Positions 28,634-39,061 of a DNA stretch of 64,000 nucleotides are shown piece after piece. The stretch spans positions 1 to 64,000 of the forward strand of contig JBPOFY010000008.1 in the NCBI GenBank assembly GCA_051252375.1. Reading direction: 5' to 3'. The number at the start of each line of letters is the position of its first letter. Within the stretch, counting starts at the first letter, position 1. The stretch is from Opitutaceae bacterium (GTDB lineage: Bacteria > Verrucomicrobiota > Verrucomicrobiia > Opitutales > Coraliomargaritaceae). Position numbers and translations under genes: made by a program. A model generated the notes under the pieces. The model was not told where the DNA came from. It searched no databases and worked only from the letters and a program-made list of their open reading frames with translations.

Positions 28634-30817
28634 TTACTCTTGGGTTGCTACTAATCCTACTTTTGACAGATCAATCGGGACAATTCCCATCTTTATGGCG
28701 GGTGAATTGGGCTTGAAGCGGAAGTCACCGTTTTCAGGATCCACAAACAGCGGATCGACCGCTTGGCTATGAGTGTCGACGCCGTTGGCTTGTTGCTTCT
28801 CGATAAACTTGACGCCCAACGTGGGGTCCACCGTGCAGTAGTAGATATTGTTGTCAGTGTCCGCATCCGCCGAACGAGCCAGTAGCCGTCCTCGGCGGTC
28901 TACCTTCAGTCCTGGTTTCTTCGGCTGTAGCTCGTCAATGAAGCGGCTTTCTGCATCGGAGGTATAAAAGATATTATTCTTAATAGTTCCCCCGGTTAAT
29001 GGACCTTCGCGAACGCAGAGGTAGTAGCCACGGGGCGGTGCAATCACATTCGCGACAATATTGTTTTCCACGCGAGTGTTGAGCTTCGACATGATACCTT
29101 GCGAAGAGCATTTGTAGATCAGATTTTCGGCGACGAGTGTATCCAATTGCCCGCCGTCGGTTCGGAGCGCAACCTGCATGATCATGGGTGTAACCAGGTG
29201 ATGAATGTAATTTCGGCGGATCACATTTCCCGAGCCGCCGCCGCGAAGGTAGATCCCGTTGCCGTCGCCCATCCTTTGCATGACGTTATGGATCTCGTTG
29301 TATTCAACCATGTTTTCACGCGTAAACAGGAAGGGACGCGCCTCATCGAGAGTCAGTCCAAATTTGTCATCCGCCTTCAACGCTTTATCACCGAGTTCAT
29401 GCCAGCGAACGGTTCGTGTCAGTTCCCGCACATCTTCGGGGAATACATCGCTGATGAAGCCCGACAGGATCAGACCGGAGTAGTGCGTGTGATGGATCAG
29501 GTTATTCGCCACGCGGTTTTCGCCGCTCTGCCAAAGGAAGATCCCGGGCGAATGCCAGAGGATTTCCCCGACATGATGAACATGGTTATTGTAGACGAGA
29601 TTCTTTTTGTTCACGTCTTTTGTTCCGGGACCGTATCCACTAAGTAGGATGCCGCCACCACCCATATGCTCGATATGGTTGCCGGAGATGTTGATATTCT
29701 GTCCGTGCAGATCCACGCGGATCGCGCCACTGCCGCTGTGAAGGAAATGACATTGCTCGATGGCACAATTCTCGGTGCCACGAAACCTCACAAGCGCATT
29801 GCCCTTATCGAGCATGTCCCAATCGTGCTGCAGCCCCGCGTCGTCTTCAGCCAACTGATAGCGATCGCCATGCTTGAAAGTGAGGCCGCGGAAGCGAAGA
29901 TTCCGAACTGGAATGTCCTTCGGTCCCATTTTGTCGATCTCACCTTCCACACGGATCAATTCCAGCAATTGCGGAGCCACAACGGGCGACTTGCCCCGTG
30001 GCCACAGGTAGAGCTTACCTTCCTTGGTATTCAAAACCCATTCGCCCGGCTCGTCGAGTTCCTCCAGCACGTTTTCGACCCAGCATGACTCCAAACCTTT
30101 GAGGAAATGCTGCTCCTTCATGATGTAGGTCGCGTCGATGGCCGTTTGAGCGACCTGCTTCGCTTCATCGACCGACTTGAGTGGCAGGATATTCATAATC
30201 CAAGCATGATACGGACGAACGACGATTTCCACGTCTTCCACATTCGACCAGTTCTTCAGAAGGCCCTCCGGACAACGGAGCTCGTTCTTGGTGCTGCCCT
30301 CTAGGGGAATGAATCCGGCCGAACTTGCCCGAGGCAAAAGTCCCTCGTCGTCGTAGAGCGTGAAGAAGCGACTCGAAACATCGGCAACCCAGACGTTACC
30401 CTCAGCCGCCGTCGGCAAGCCAGGAAGCGTGCCGGTCACTTTTTCCAAGCCCGTGATTTCGCGCCCCGAACTGAATACCGGCTTTTCGCCGGGATAGGCA
30501 GCGTAGGTGATTGTCGATTCGCCTGCTCCCGAATCCTCCAAACCGAACACGACTGTTTTATCCAGTTGGTAGGTTCCCTCGCGAACCAGCACAACGATGT
30601 CTGTCGACTGGCTCTTCTTCAAATCCCGCACCGCATCACGCGCACGCTCCAGCGTCGCGAAAGGGCCATCGCTCTCTCCCGTAACGGGGTCGGGCAAGGT
30701 TCCAGACCACGTATCGGAGCCGTCTGGAGACACATAGAAATCAGCCGTCGTCGCGGCACTGCAAAGATTTGCCGTCAACGTTGCGGCAACCAAAATCAAA
30801 CTCAATACTTTCATCAT
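28634..30817 (-). CDS. Right-handed beta-helix glycoside hydrolase, GH141-like
   Basis: Signal peptide, FYVSPDGSD..GPFATLERARDAVR, LDEPGEW, Asn-ladder beta-helix repeats. Confidence 0.72.
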   Translation of the reverse strand: MMKVLSLILVAATLTANLCSAATTADFYVSPDGSDTWSGTLPDPVTGESDGPFATLERARDAVRDLKKSQSTDIVVLVREGTYQLDKTVVFGLEDSGAGESTITYAAYPGEKPVFSSGREITGLEKVTGTLPGLPTAAEGNVWVADVSSRFFTLYDDEGLLPRASSAGFIPLEGSTKNELRCPEGLLKNWSNVEDVEIVVRPYHAWIMNILPLKSVDEAKQVAQTAIDATYIMKEQHFLKGLESCWVENVLEELDEPGEWVLNTKEGKLYLWPRGKSPVVAPQLLELIRVEGEIDKMGPKDIPVRNLRFRGLTFKHGDRYQLAEDDAGLQHDWDMLDKGNALVRFRGTENCAIEQCHFLHSGSGAIRVDLHGQNINISGNHIEHMGGGGILLSGYGPGTKDVNKKNLVYNNHVHHVGEILWHSPGIFLWQSGENRVANNLIHHTHYSGLILSGFISDVFPEDVRELTRTVRWHELGDKALKADDKFGLTLDEARPFLFTRENMVEYNEIHNVMQRMGDGNGIYLRGGGSGNVIRRNYIHHLVTPMIMQVALRTDGGQLDTLVAENLIYKCSSQGIMSKLNTRVENNIVANVIAPPRGYYLCVREGPLTGGTIKNNIFYTSDAESRFIDELQPKKPGLKVDRRGRLLARSADADTDNNIYYCTVDPTLGVKFIEKQQANGVDTHSQAVDPLFVDPENGDFRFKPNSPAIKMGIVPIDLSKVGLVATQE

Positions 30818-30856
30818 ATGTTTCCTTTTAAAAAAAATGTTTCCTTATCGTTTCCT

Positions 30857-30915
30857 TAAGGTGATTTCACCCAGACGCTGACATGCTCGAATTCACGAGT
30901 AAACTTCCAACTATC
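30857..30915 (-). pseudogene. Remnant C-terminus of a second GH168-like gene
   Basis: WKFTREFEHVSVWV matches WEFTREFEHAKVWV of the fusion protein; upstream sequence is not homologous. Confidence 0.65.
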
Positions 30916-31331
30916 GGCAGATAGGCAGAAGTCTTCTTCGGTTTTTCGGAACCCTCGGATGCCGGTTCGTCGCCATGACAAGCAAGGAAGAGATACTCGG
31001 GCTTGCAGTCTTTCCACAGAATGCTGGGGACGTTCACTGCGTGCCAGTTTATCGCCGAAATAGATCTCATTGGTCCAGTAACCGACCTGCTGGTCTGCGC
31101 AACTAATGACCGGGTTATGCCCGTAATTCGCATAGGTCCCTTCGATCTTGTCGCTTTCTGCAAAGGGAATTTTACGAGACGCTTCCAGGCGTAGATATCT
31201 AACCGTCATTGATTTATAATAAAGTCGGGACTTCCCCTTCGGAGTCAACACAAAGGTGGCAAACCGATGGCTCACCCTCTTCGTGCTGCCGTGCTCCGTC
31301 TGGGGCGTGCGCAAGGCTTGACCGTAGAAGA

Positions 31332-32387
31332 CTACGACGCCCGAACTGCCCAACGCAGTTTTGCAGAGCTTGCCCGAGGGTTGTCGTGCTGCTCGCTGTA
31401 GGAGGCGCGGATGACGTCTTCGCTGATCGCGCTGTAGCGTCCATCTGCCAACCCCGACTGGAAGGCCTTTTTCACCCTGCGATCCTCGCCACTGTGAAAG
31501 GTTAAGACCGCGACGCGCCCACCTGCACTGAGGCAGTCAGGCAGACCGCGCAGCCAGCCGTCGAGGACTTGGAACTCATCGTTGACCGCGATACGAAGCG
31601 CCTGAAAAACACGACGTTGACTGAGTTTGATCCGATCTTCGTCTAGGTGCTTGGGTAGGGACTGCGCGATGGCGTGAGCGAGTGCTCCTGTGGTCTCAAA
31701 TTTTTGCTGGGCCAAGGCAGTGGCCAGGTGTGTGGCGTAGGGCTCATCCGCATTTTCGATCAACAGTATGGCGAGCTCCCGTTCGTTCAATTTTTCGATT
31801 AAGGTGCTGGCTGACATTCCCTTGTTCGGGTTCATTCGCATGTCGAGCGGGCCTTGGTGTTTAAAGCTGAACCCCCGCGCCGGATTGTCGATCTGCATCG
31901 AAGAGACGCCAAGGTCGGCGAGAATGGCATCAGCCCCTTCGTGCCAGCCAAGTTTACCCAGCACTGCGCGCAGGGCGACGAAGTTGGTGCGTTCGCAATG
32001 CAGAGATTCTGCGGGGAAGCCAGCCGAGCGCAGACGCGCTTCCGTTTTGGGCAACTCGATAGGATCTTGATCCACCGCGAGCAAGCAGCCGCCGGGCTGC
32101 ACGGCTTTCAATAGTTCTGCAGCGTGACCTCCATAACCGAGCGTGCAGTCCACCACCCGCTCACTGGGTTGGACTGATAGTGCCTGCATGATCTCGTCCA
32201 CCATAATCGGCACATGTTGCCCCGCAGGCGTTTTACCACCCGCGAGCACTTTGGCGACAGTGTCCGCGTGGCGCTCTGGGTTGAGCTCTTTGTATTTATC
32301 CTCAAAGCGCCGCGGGTTCTTGCCCTTGTAACGCACTCGGCGCTTATGTGGTTCAGGAGTCTCTTCGCTGGTCATGGCTGACACCAT
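31332..32387 (-). CDS. rsmH: 16S rRNA m4C1402 methyltransferase RsmH/MraW paralog
   Basis: HVPIM, DCTLGYGGH, ADLGVSSMQID, GPLDMRM, FQALRIAVNDE, TFHSGEDR, NPRASSAKLR; basic N-terminal extension; not in a dcw cluster. Confidence 0.92.
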   Translation of the reverse strand: MVSAMTSEETPEPHKRRVRYKGKNPRRFEDKYKELNPERHADTVAKVLAGGKTPAGQHVPIMVDEIMQALSVQPSERVVDCTLGYGGHAAELLKAVQPGGCLLAVDQDPIELPKTEARLRSAGFPAESLHCERTNFVALRAVLGKLGWHEGADAILADLGVSSMQIDNPARGFSFKHQGPLDMRMNPNKGMSASTLIEKLNERELAILLIENADEPYATHLATALAQQKFETTGALAHAIAQSLPKHLDEDRIKLSQRRVFQALRIAVNDEFQVLDGWLRGLPDCLSAGGRVAVLTFHSGEDRRVKKAFQSGLADGRYSAISEDVIRASYSEQHDNPRASSAKLRWAVRAS

Positions 32388-32445
32388 GCGAAAGCGCCAC
32401 CAGTCGGCAAGCGGAATGGGAATGATCGGCGGGCGTCGGTATGAT

Positions 32446-32892
32446 CTAATTCGAAAACCCTACAACGGGGTCGCTCCATTTTAAGTCAGTCAATAGACTC
32501 TCGTCTGTAAGCGTGCGGAGAAATGCGACGAGTGCATCCTTCTCCTCCTGAGTTAATTGAAGCTGCCAAACATCGTCATTTCGATCGAGCAAGGCGCCCG
32601 CGTCCGTCACATGATTATCACCTGGTGTGTTATCAGCGGCAATCAAAGTTTCCGACACGAGATGCTCGGGCCAGTAAATACGACTATACATATCCGGAAC
32701 ACGAGGAAGCATCGGAGTCGCATATGCAGTGTCCCGATCAGAGGAATTTTTCGCAAAAGCGCACACCGAAAGCCCCGCAGACACGGCTATAAAAACGGCA
32801 AGGCTGGATAGATTCTGAAGTACTCGCAGAAGCATACCCAATGATCGCTCCGAACCGCACAAAAGTTGCACACGCATCGAAAAACTGACCAA
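32446..32892 (-). pseudogene. Internally deleted cytochrome c peroxidase (CCP/MauG-like) remnant
   Basis: N-terminal DNTPGDNHVTDAGALL joined directly to C-terminal LTQEEKDALVAFLRTLTD..KWSDP; no CxxCH. Confidence 0.65.
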
Positions 32893-32908
32893 AAACGGTC
32901 ATCATACA

Positions 32909-33946
32909 TTAAACCCAGATAGGCGGCCATTGCCCATTACGCTCCTCATACTCATCAATGGCACCACTCCGATAATTTCCATCAGCATAACGTTCCTGAA
33001 CGCTATTATGAACAAATGTAGGGATATCATCTGGCTGAGGAATCACACGCTGTCGTTTCCCCAAGAGCTTATATTTCCCCTTATACTCATTGTGCTGCCT
33101 CGCCCTTGGATTAAGCACCACATCTTTCACATAATCCTCAAAAACGAGCCCACATTGTTCAGCTTCTTCACAAAGCCACGTCATGGGGATATCAGCCAAA
33201 ACAGTCCCATCCGAATCAGGCTTATAGCTACCACCAACATCCGAATGAACGCCAGCAAACCACACCTGCTTGAGATCGACTCCATCTTTCGGGTCCCAAA
33301 TTGTCGGCTCAAAATCATCGCGTAGCTCATCTAGGCACAAAGCATGTCGAGCAGTCACAATATTACTCCCGAGTTTTCTATCGTAAAACAGATGCTTATC
33401 CTTGATCAGTCCGAAAATACTAAATGGCAGTCCCATGGCACCAACAGTGTCCCAGACCCCGATAAAGTGCACCTTGACTTCCTGCTGGACGGAATGTGCC
33501 TCACGCCACTCTCTGGAGAACTCCCCACTCGGCTTATGCTTTTTCGTTTTGTAAATATCGAAAGCGCGCTCAACCAGCTTCCCTTCCGAACTTTTCAAAA
33601 TGCTACAGTTGTTAATCAAGCCGCATAAGCTCCTTACCGTGTATGCTCCACGACTAAATCCGAAGAGATAAATCTCGTCACCTGACTCATAATTATGAAC
33701 GAGAAAACGATAGCAATCCATCACGTTCTTCTCCAAGCCCGCACCAAACCCTCCTCCAGTCGCCTTATCGTGGTAAGAGCCAATTCCCCAATCATAGAAA
33801 ACGACTTGCTTCACATCGTCAGTGGTTTGCTGAGATATCCCGCGAGCAAACTTCAGAACGTTCGTCGGATATTGATCTTTATTTAGCTGCTCAGGACGGT
33901 TCCAAGTTCCGTCGGCACAAATTACAATTCGCTTGTTCTTGTTCAT
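32909..33946 (-). CDS. DUF2235 (Tle1-like alpha/beta hydrolase) protein
   Basis: CADGTWN, TNV, FGFSRGAY, GVWDTVG, WFAGVHSDVGG. Confidence 0.92.
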   Translation of the reverse strand: MNKNKRIVICADGTWNRPEQLNKDQYPTNVLKFARGISQQTTDDVKQVVFYDWGIGSYHDKATGGGFGAGLEKNVMDCYRFLVHNYESGDEIYLFGFSRGAYTVRSLCGLINNCSILKSSEGKLVERAFDIYKTKKHKPSGEFSREWREAHSVQQEVKVHFIGVWDTVGAMGLPFSIFGLIKDKHLFYDRKLGSNIVTARHALCLDELRDDFEPTIWDPKDGVDLKQVWFAGVHSDVGGSYKPDSDGTVLADIPMTWLCEEAEQCGLVFEDYVKDVVLNPRARQHNEYKGKYKLLGKRQRVIPQPDDIPTFVHNSVQERYADGNYRSGAIDEYEERNGQWPPIWV

Positions 33947-33972
33947 TACAAAATCAACCGCTCAACAAGTAT

Positions 33973-34070
33973 ACCTGTCAAACGTTATTCTAAATACTTA
34001 TACAGCTCCCCCTAACCGCAAAAGGATAAGCAGGCTTAACACCCTATTTAATCAAGGATATGCCCCTATC
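33973..34070. repeat. ~100-bp direct repeat, copy 1 (copy 2 at 36758-36853)
   Basis: Core ACCTGTCAAACGTTATTCWAAATACTTATA with 1 mismatch, weaker similarity beyond. Confidence 0.82.
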
Positions 34071-34133
34071 GAGAAAACCGTCGAACTCTAACCTTGAGCT
34101 AGAGCAACCCTCCGCTCCCCCTCTCACTTTAAA

Positions 34134-34949
34134 CTATTGTAAACCGTATTTCACGCCAATGATGATTTTATCATCATTTTCAAAAGTGGGCTCACTCCTG
34201 CCTCCCTCGTAACCAATAAATACATCCCAAGGAATGTGCTTAGGCTTATTTTTATCATCTGATAACGAATAATACAGAGCAACCGACAGCTTGTGAGAAT
34301 CAACTAAGCCAGCAGCCTTAATTGCAGCATTTCGCCCTGAAGAATGGCTATAGTCGAAACGGGTCTTGATCCTAAAGCGGTCGAGGGCCTGTGTGCTGTC
34401 AAATTTACTAAAATGAAGCGAATGCTCAATCGTCAGGATGTATCGCACATAGTCCTCAACAATAAATCGCTCAGAGTCCTGACCGAAAACGTATTCTGCA
34501 CCAAATCTAACACTCGGAAGTTCCAACTGGTTTGGCAGTATTTCGATCTGCCCAATGTAATAGCTCAGCGAAAGGCTTAGATTCCTAGCCTCGAACTGCT
34601 GATCAGACTCATGGTAGGCCTTCAGATATGCATACTGGATTGAATCGAATAACCACTCACCGTTCAGTTCATGCCTCAAATTCGCGCCAGCCTTGATTGC
34701 ATCAGTATTCAATTCATCATTAAAAAACAAATAGGTCCCTTCGGTGTAGAGCAGGAGCTCACTGTCCATTACCTCTACATAGTTTAACTTGTAAGCAACA
34801 TCCCACTCAAAACCAAGGGCGACTTTCAATTCCTGCATGCTATACTCAAATGCGGGTTTAATCTCGTCCTTATCCCACCCAGCATTGGCTGTCTGATAGA
34901 ACAACAACGATATAATGAGCCCGAAATATTTCACCTTATTATGCGTCAT
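34134..34949 (-). CDS. Hypothetical exported protein, possibly an outer-membrane beta-barrel
   Basis: Signal peptide (TANA), alternating aromatic strands, C-terminal IIIGVKYGL; overlaps the upstream gene stop. Confidence 0.55.
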   Translation of the reverse strand: MTHNKVKYFGLIISLLFYQTANAGWDKDEIKPAFEYSMQELKVALGFEWDVAYKLNYVEVMDSELLLYTEGTYLFFNDELNTDAIKAGANLRHELNGEWLFDSIQYAYLKAYHESDQQFEARNLSLSLSYYIGQIEILPNQLELPSVRFGAEYVFGQDSERFIVEDYVRYILTIEHSLHFSKFDSTQALDRFRIKTRFDYSHSSGRNAAIKAAGLVDSHKLSVALYYSLSDDKNKPKHIPWDVFIGYEGGRSEPTFENDDKIIIGVKYGLQ

Positions 34950-36645
34950 AATACTTATCTAGTTCGTATGTGAACTGCTTAACTGTCGCAGTTTCTTTAA
35001 GAAGGTAATCAACTATTTTCACATCAAATCCTGGAGCATCGTTCCGCACGACCCCTTGATCAACCAGTTCACGCTTTAGTTTTTTAACAAACTTCCGAGC
35101 GCGCCCACGCTTAAATTCATCACTATCTCCGTGGTCAAACAAACGACGCCTCATCAAGACATCCCTTGCCTCATCAAACGATGTGCTTTGACTTAAGTAT
35201 CGGGCTTTTTTCATGAACGTATAGACCACGCTTTGAAGTCGGATTGACTCACTCCAGCCATCCCCCAAATCCCTGATCTGCAAAATCAAGTCCGGATCTG
35301 TTAAATCAAGATAAGAAGCTAACCATGAAGCCGGCTTGCCGGACACATGAGCTACATTGCTCTTCAGGAAAGCGATGTAGTTTCGCATATTTACATCAAT
35401 CTCTCCCCCTTGATCAGGTAAGCCGAGAAAGCGAATAGGGTTTGCGCTTGTTATTTCCACAAACTCTTCATCGCTGAAACGCCGTTCAAAATATGTCCAA
35501 TAACTCGACTCAGCCATTTGCTGCTGCACGAGAAATGAATCAGAGCCAAACAAAATCTGTGAACCAATGTCCGGGTCATCAAGAAGCAGTTTCATATTAT
35601 GGAAATACTGTATTTCCTGCGCTGAACCTTCCAACTGCTTAACATGGTAGGAAATGTCAGCGTAAACACGCCCACCGTAGCTAGGCTCACGCATCAAATC
35701 TAAAATCTCTGCGGTGTAACCTAAGATATTAGTTGTGACCAAATTCTTCTCATCTCCAAAATGGCCGAAGCATAAGCGCAAATTTGAATAATCTGGGTTT
35801 TCCAATATTGGGCGCCATAGAGATGGTCTACAATTCGCAACGTCATCTTCACTCTTGATGAACCCAGACATATTACAGTGCAACAATACTGGATATCCAT
35901 TATCACTACAAAACTTGTAAATTTCCATTAACTTCGGGTCGTCAATCCTATACCCAAGGCTCGGATACAACTTAACCCCAACGCAGCCCTTCTCTTTGAG
36001 CGCATTAAGAACAATTTCAACAACATCCCGTCGATTCGGGTTCGCTTTTACGAATGGAAGTATACGCCCTGGGTATTTGTATATCTGAGCGGATGTATCC
36101 TTTATCTGCTGCTCGAAGAGGGCATTATCGGTTTCATCCTCTTCACAAATATCCATCATCAGAGCAACAAAAGCATCATCATCATGAAGCTCAGCTATAA
36201 ACTCTTTTGTTAAAGCATCAATACTTGGGGATAAACCACGTAAAACAAAACGAATCAGATCATAGAGATTCTTAGTCCGCGCATCTTTATCTGCGTCATC
36301 TTTAGACAATAAGTCCATGACCTTGTCGAAAACGGAGTCGCTCACCAATTCAGTGACGAAGTCCAAATTTCCGTCCAGTGCCAACGAAACAGAAGCATCC
36401 GCCCCATATTTATCGTTTAGGTCCTTTAATCCGCCCTTAATACTATCAGATAGTGAGATTTGCTCAAGCAACTCCTTTCGCAGATCTCCCTTGTGTGGGA
36501 TCTCCTCCAGAAGTTTCTCAAACAACCAACTGATAATCCAATTATCTCCCCATTCATCAAGCAATCGCTTCTTAAGGAATGCTCTAAAACCAGGGCCATT
36601 CAGAGAATGCAAGTTGTGAACGTGAGCGTGACAATTTATTCTCAT
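34939..36645 (-). CDS. Amidohydrolase family 2 metallo-hydrolase
   Basis: NCHAH, GVKLYPSLGY, VLLHC, FGHFG, YADISY, ILFGSD. Confidence 0.87.
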   Translation of the reverse strand: MRINCHAHVHNLHSLNGPGFRAFLKKRLLDEWGDNWIISWLFEKLLEEIPHKGDLRKELLEQISLSDSIKGGLKDLNDKYGADASVSLALDGNLDFVTELVSDSVFDKVMDLLSKDDADKDARTKNLYDLIRFVLRGLSPSIDALTKEFIAELHDDDAFVALMMDICEEDETDNALFEQQIKDTSAQIYKYPGRILPFVKANPNRRDVVEIVLNALKEKGCVGVKLYPSLGYRIDDPKLMEIYKFCSDNGYPVLLHCNMSGFIKSEDDVANCRPSLWRPILENPDYSNLRLCFGHFGDEKNLVTTNILGYTAEILDLMREPSYGGRVYADISYHVKQLEGSAQEIQYFHNMKLLLDDPDIGSQILFGSDSFLVQQQMAESSYWTYFERRFSDEEFVEITSANPIRFLGLPDQGGEIDVNMRNYIAFLKSNVAHVSGKPASWLASYLDLTDPDLILQIRDLGDGWSESIRLQSVVYTFMKKARYLSQSTSFDEARDVLMRRRLFDHGDSDEFKRGRARKFVKKLKRELVDQGVVRNDAPGFDVKIVDYLLKETATVKQFTYELDKYYDA

Positions 36646-37119
36646 AAAAACAGATCGTTAATGATTTCAGAAAAGTGATAAATGGAACCGGCTTATTTCC
36701 CAATAATTGCTAGATCGCAGAGCACTTGAATTTAAGGATCAACAATCGAATAAGCACACCTGTCAAACGTTATTCAAAATACTTATAAGGATTCCCTAAC
36801 TATGGCAGAATAAGGAGGGCTTACACCCTAACCAAATAAGGATATAGCCCTAACGGAGAGAGAAAGGTATCACTCAGGAAATAGAATTCGCCAATAGTCT
36901 CGAGTGATCTACGCCCATCTGGCAGGCAACTCAGCTTAGCTTTTCCGCAATTATTTTCGCCCTTCGCGCGCCGCCATAAGTAGATATAATGACACAGATG
37001 GTAGCCCATAATATCCACCTCAACGCACGCGCTCATCCCCCATGGACATTGACCACAGGAGCAAAAAATTACATTACGGTTAGGTCTGGACGTCACCGCC
37101 CCTCAAACCCTCCTAGGAA

Positions 37120-37860
37120 ATGAAGAAGACATTGATCAGCATCGGCCTCGCTATTGCAACGACAGCAGGAGTCCATGCACAACTCCTCAACGAAACTTTT
37201 AGCTATGGGGACGGCTCACTAGTCGGAGCGACGGGGAGCCCTTGGGTGACTAATTTTAGCGGTGGTGCAGGCGAACAAAATGTCACTTCTGGAAGCCTGT
37301 TTTTAGATGATAACGAGACAGAAGATACCAAGGCATGGCTCCTTCCATTCGTGAGTTCGGGGGTGATCTCCGCCACATTCGAGCTAACCATGGTTTCGGC
37401 GGGAGCCGCGAATATAAGCGCCGAAGACAAATACTTCACTCATTTCGTCGGCAATGACACGCTAGCCGGTGTAGGCCTCGAAAGTATCGGACGTGTATTC
37501 ACATACAAAGACACTGGAAGTAGCACTGATACGATACTAGGACTCTCCAACTCCAGTTCGACGGCGAGCGTCCTGTTCGCCACAAAACTAGCGCTCAATC
37601 AGGCTTATACGCTTACTCTGAGCTATGACTTTGCAACAGTGACATCCACTCTAACAATCGATGGCATTGGCTCCATCGTGGCCACCGACACAGCAGCAAC
37701 CATCGCTCGAATAGAAGGCTATGGATTCCAACAGCAGTCATTAACAGGAGACCTGTTTATCGACAATCTGACCATTGTCCCAGAACCAAAAAGCGCAGCG
37801 CTAATCCTAGCGATTTGCGCGCTAAGCGCAGTTGGCATGCGTCGACAACGGAACCGATAA
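37120..37860 (+). CDS. PEP-CTERM surface protein
   Basis: Signal peptide; C-terminal VPEP + hydrophobic helix + RRQRNR. Confidence 0.92.
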   Translation: MKKTLISIGLAIATTAGVHAQLLNETFSYGDGSLVGATGSPWVTNFSGGAGEQNVTSGSLFLDDNETEDTKAWLLPFVSSGVISATFELTMVSAGAANISAEDKYFTHFVGNDTLAGVGLESIGRVFTYKDTGSSTDTILGLSNSSSTASVLFATKLALNQAYTLTLSYDFATVTSTLTIDGIGSIVATDTAATIARIEGYGFQQQSLTGDLFIDNLTIVPEPKSAALILAICALSAVGMRRQRNR

Positions 37861-38067
37861 GGTATGACCGGGAGACATAGTCTAACAGTAGCCAACCCCC
37901 ATGAAATCTGCCACCAATTGGTGGATCAATGCCTGGATGGCTGCTCATGGAGTCCCGCAAGTGTTTGCAAGGATTACCGTGAAATCAGAACCTGCATATG
38001 GAAAGAGGTCTTCCAAAAACAGTGGGCAAAAAATAAGTATGCGCTTTTAACCAAAGAGGAAACGTAA

Positions 38068-38979
38068 ATGAAACGCTTCTTCTCTCAAATCGGGAATATC
38101 TTCCTAAATACAGCAAACAAGACCCACTCGACCGAGGTCTATGCACTGGTGGGCAAGTCGGGCACGGGCAAGAGCTTTCGTGCGCGTCTCATCGCCGATG
38201 CGCGTAGCATCGAGGCGATCATCGACGATGGTCTGCTGATCTATCAGGGGAAAATTATCGCGGGCAAATCTGCAAAACAAACCCAGCACTACATCACCGC
38301 CGTCAAAACCGCCATGTTCAACGATCTGGAACACCGGGCTGAAGTGATCCGCGCCCTAGAGGTGAACCAGTTCGACAAGATACTGCTGCTCGGAACAAGC
38401 GACCGAATGATTCTCCGAAATTGCACGACGCTCAACTTACCAGAGCCTCGCGAGATCATCAAAATTGAGGACGTCGCTTCGAAGCGAGAAATCGATGCCG
38501 CGATCCATGATCGTAAAGTGCACGGTCGGCACATCATCCCGCTGCCTGTAATCGAGGTAAAGCAAGCCTACCCGAAACTGATGGCGCATGCGATCAAGGT
38601 GCTCTTTGACCGCGCGCTGCATAAAAAAAGTTACGATAAAACTATCGTTCGCCCGCAATTTCATTTGAAAGGTAAGATCACAATTTCTGAAGCAGCCTTA
38701 ACCCAAATGATTCTTCACTGCGTGCGCGAGAAAGCCCCGACGATTGTAATCAGAAAAATCAGGATCAAGCCGGATGATAAGGGCTACATCATCAAGATGC
38801 GCGTCTCAATGTCCTATGGAAGTGACGCGGCTCATACCTGCCAAGAACTGCACGACTATGTCATTCGTCAGATCGAGAGCTTCACCGGCATTACAATCGC
38901 GAAATTAAGTATCCATATCGAATCTGTCGATGAAGGTGAAACTTTGCCGTGCCTAACTTCTGATATAGACGCAGCCTAA
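38068..38979 (+). CDS. P-loop domain fused to Asp23/Gls24-like C-terminal domain
   Basis: GKSGTGKS, IIDDGLLI, IIPLP; C-terminal GKITISE...YG...IESFTGITI..LSIHI. Confidence 0.72.
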   Translation: MKRFFSQIGNIFLNTANKTHSTEVYALVGKSGTGKSFRARLIADARSIEAIIDDGLLIYQGKIIAGKSAKQTQHYITAVKTAMFNDLEHRAEVIRALEVNQFDKILLLGTSDRMILRNCTTLNLPEPREIIKIEDVASKREIDAAIHDRKVHGRHIIPLPVIEVKQAYPKLMAHAIKVLFDRALHKKSYDKTIVRPQFHLKGKITISEAALTQMILHCVREKAPTIVIRKIRIKPDDKGYIIKMRVSMSYGSDAAHTCQELHDYVIRQIESFTGITIAKLSIHIESVDEGETLPCLTSDIDAA

Positions 38980-39061
38980 TCGTATACGGGCGCGCGGCGT
39001 GTGGGGGTCGTGAAATTAGAAGATGAACCTAGTAGATCAAATGTAGATCGATCTGAGGCTC

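Noticed and set aside
30856..31353. 165-aa ORF as an intact gene
   Set aside because: It appears to be a patchwork of island-edge remnants; only the last ~15 codons match a recognisable protein.
32909..33946. T6SS Tle1 effector locus
   Set aside because: No VgrG, PAAR or recognisable immunity gene nearby; standalone DUF2235 proteins are common.
33973..34002. Xer/dif site
   Set aside because: TTATTCTAAAT resembles a XerD arm, but there is no XerC-like arm at 6-bp spacing.
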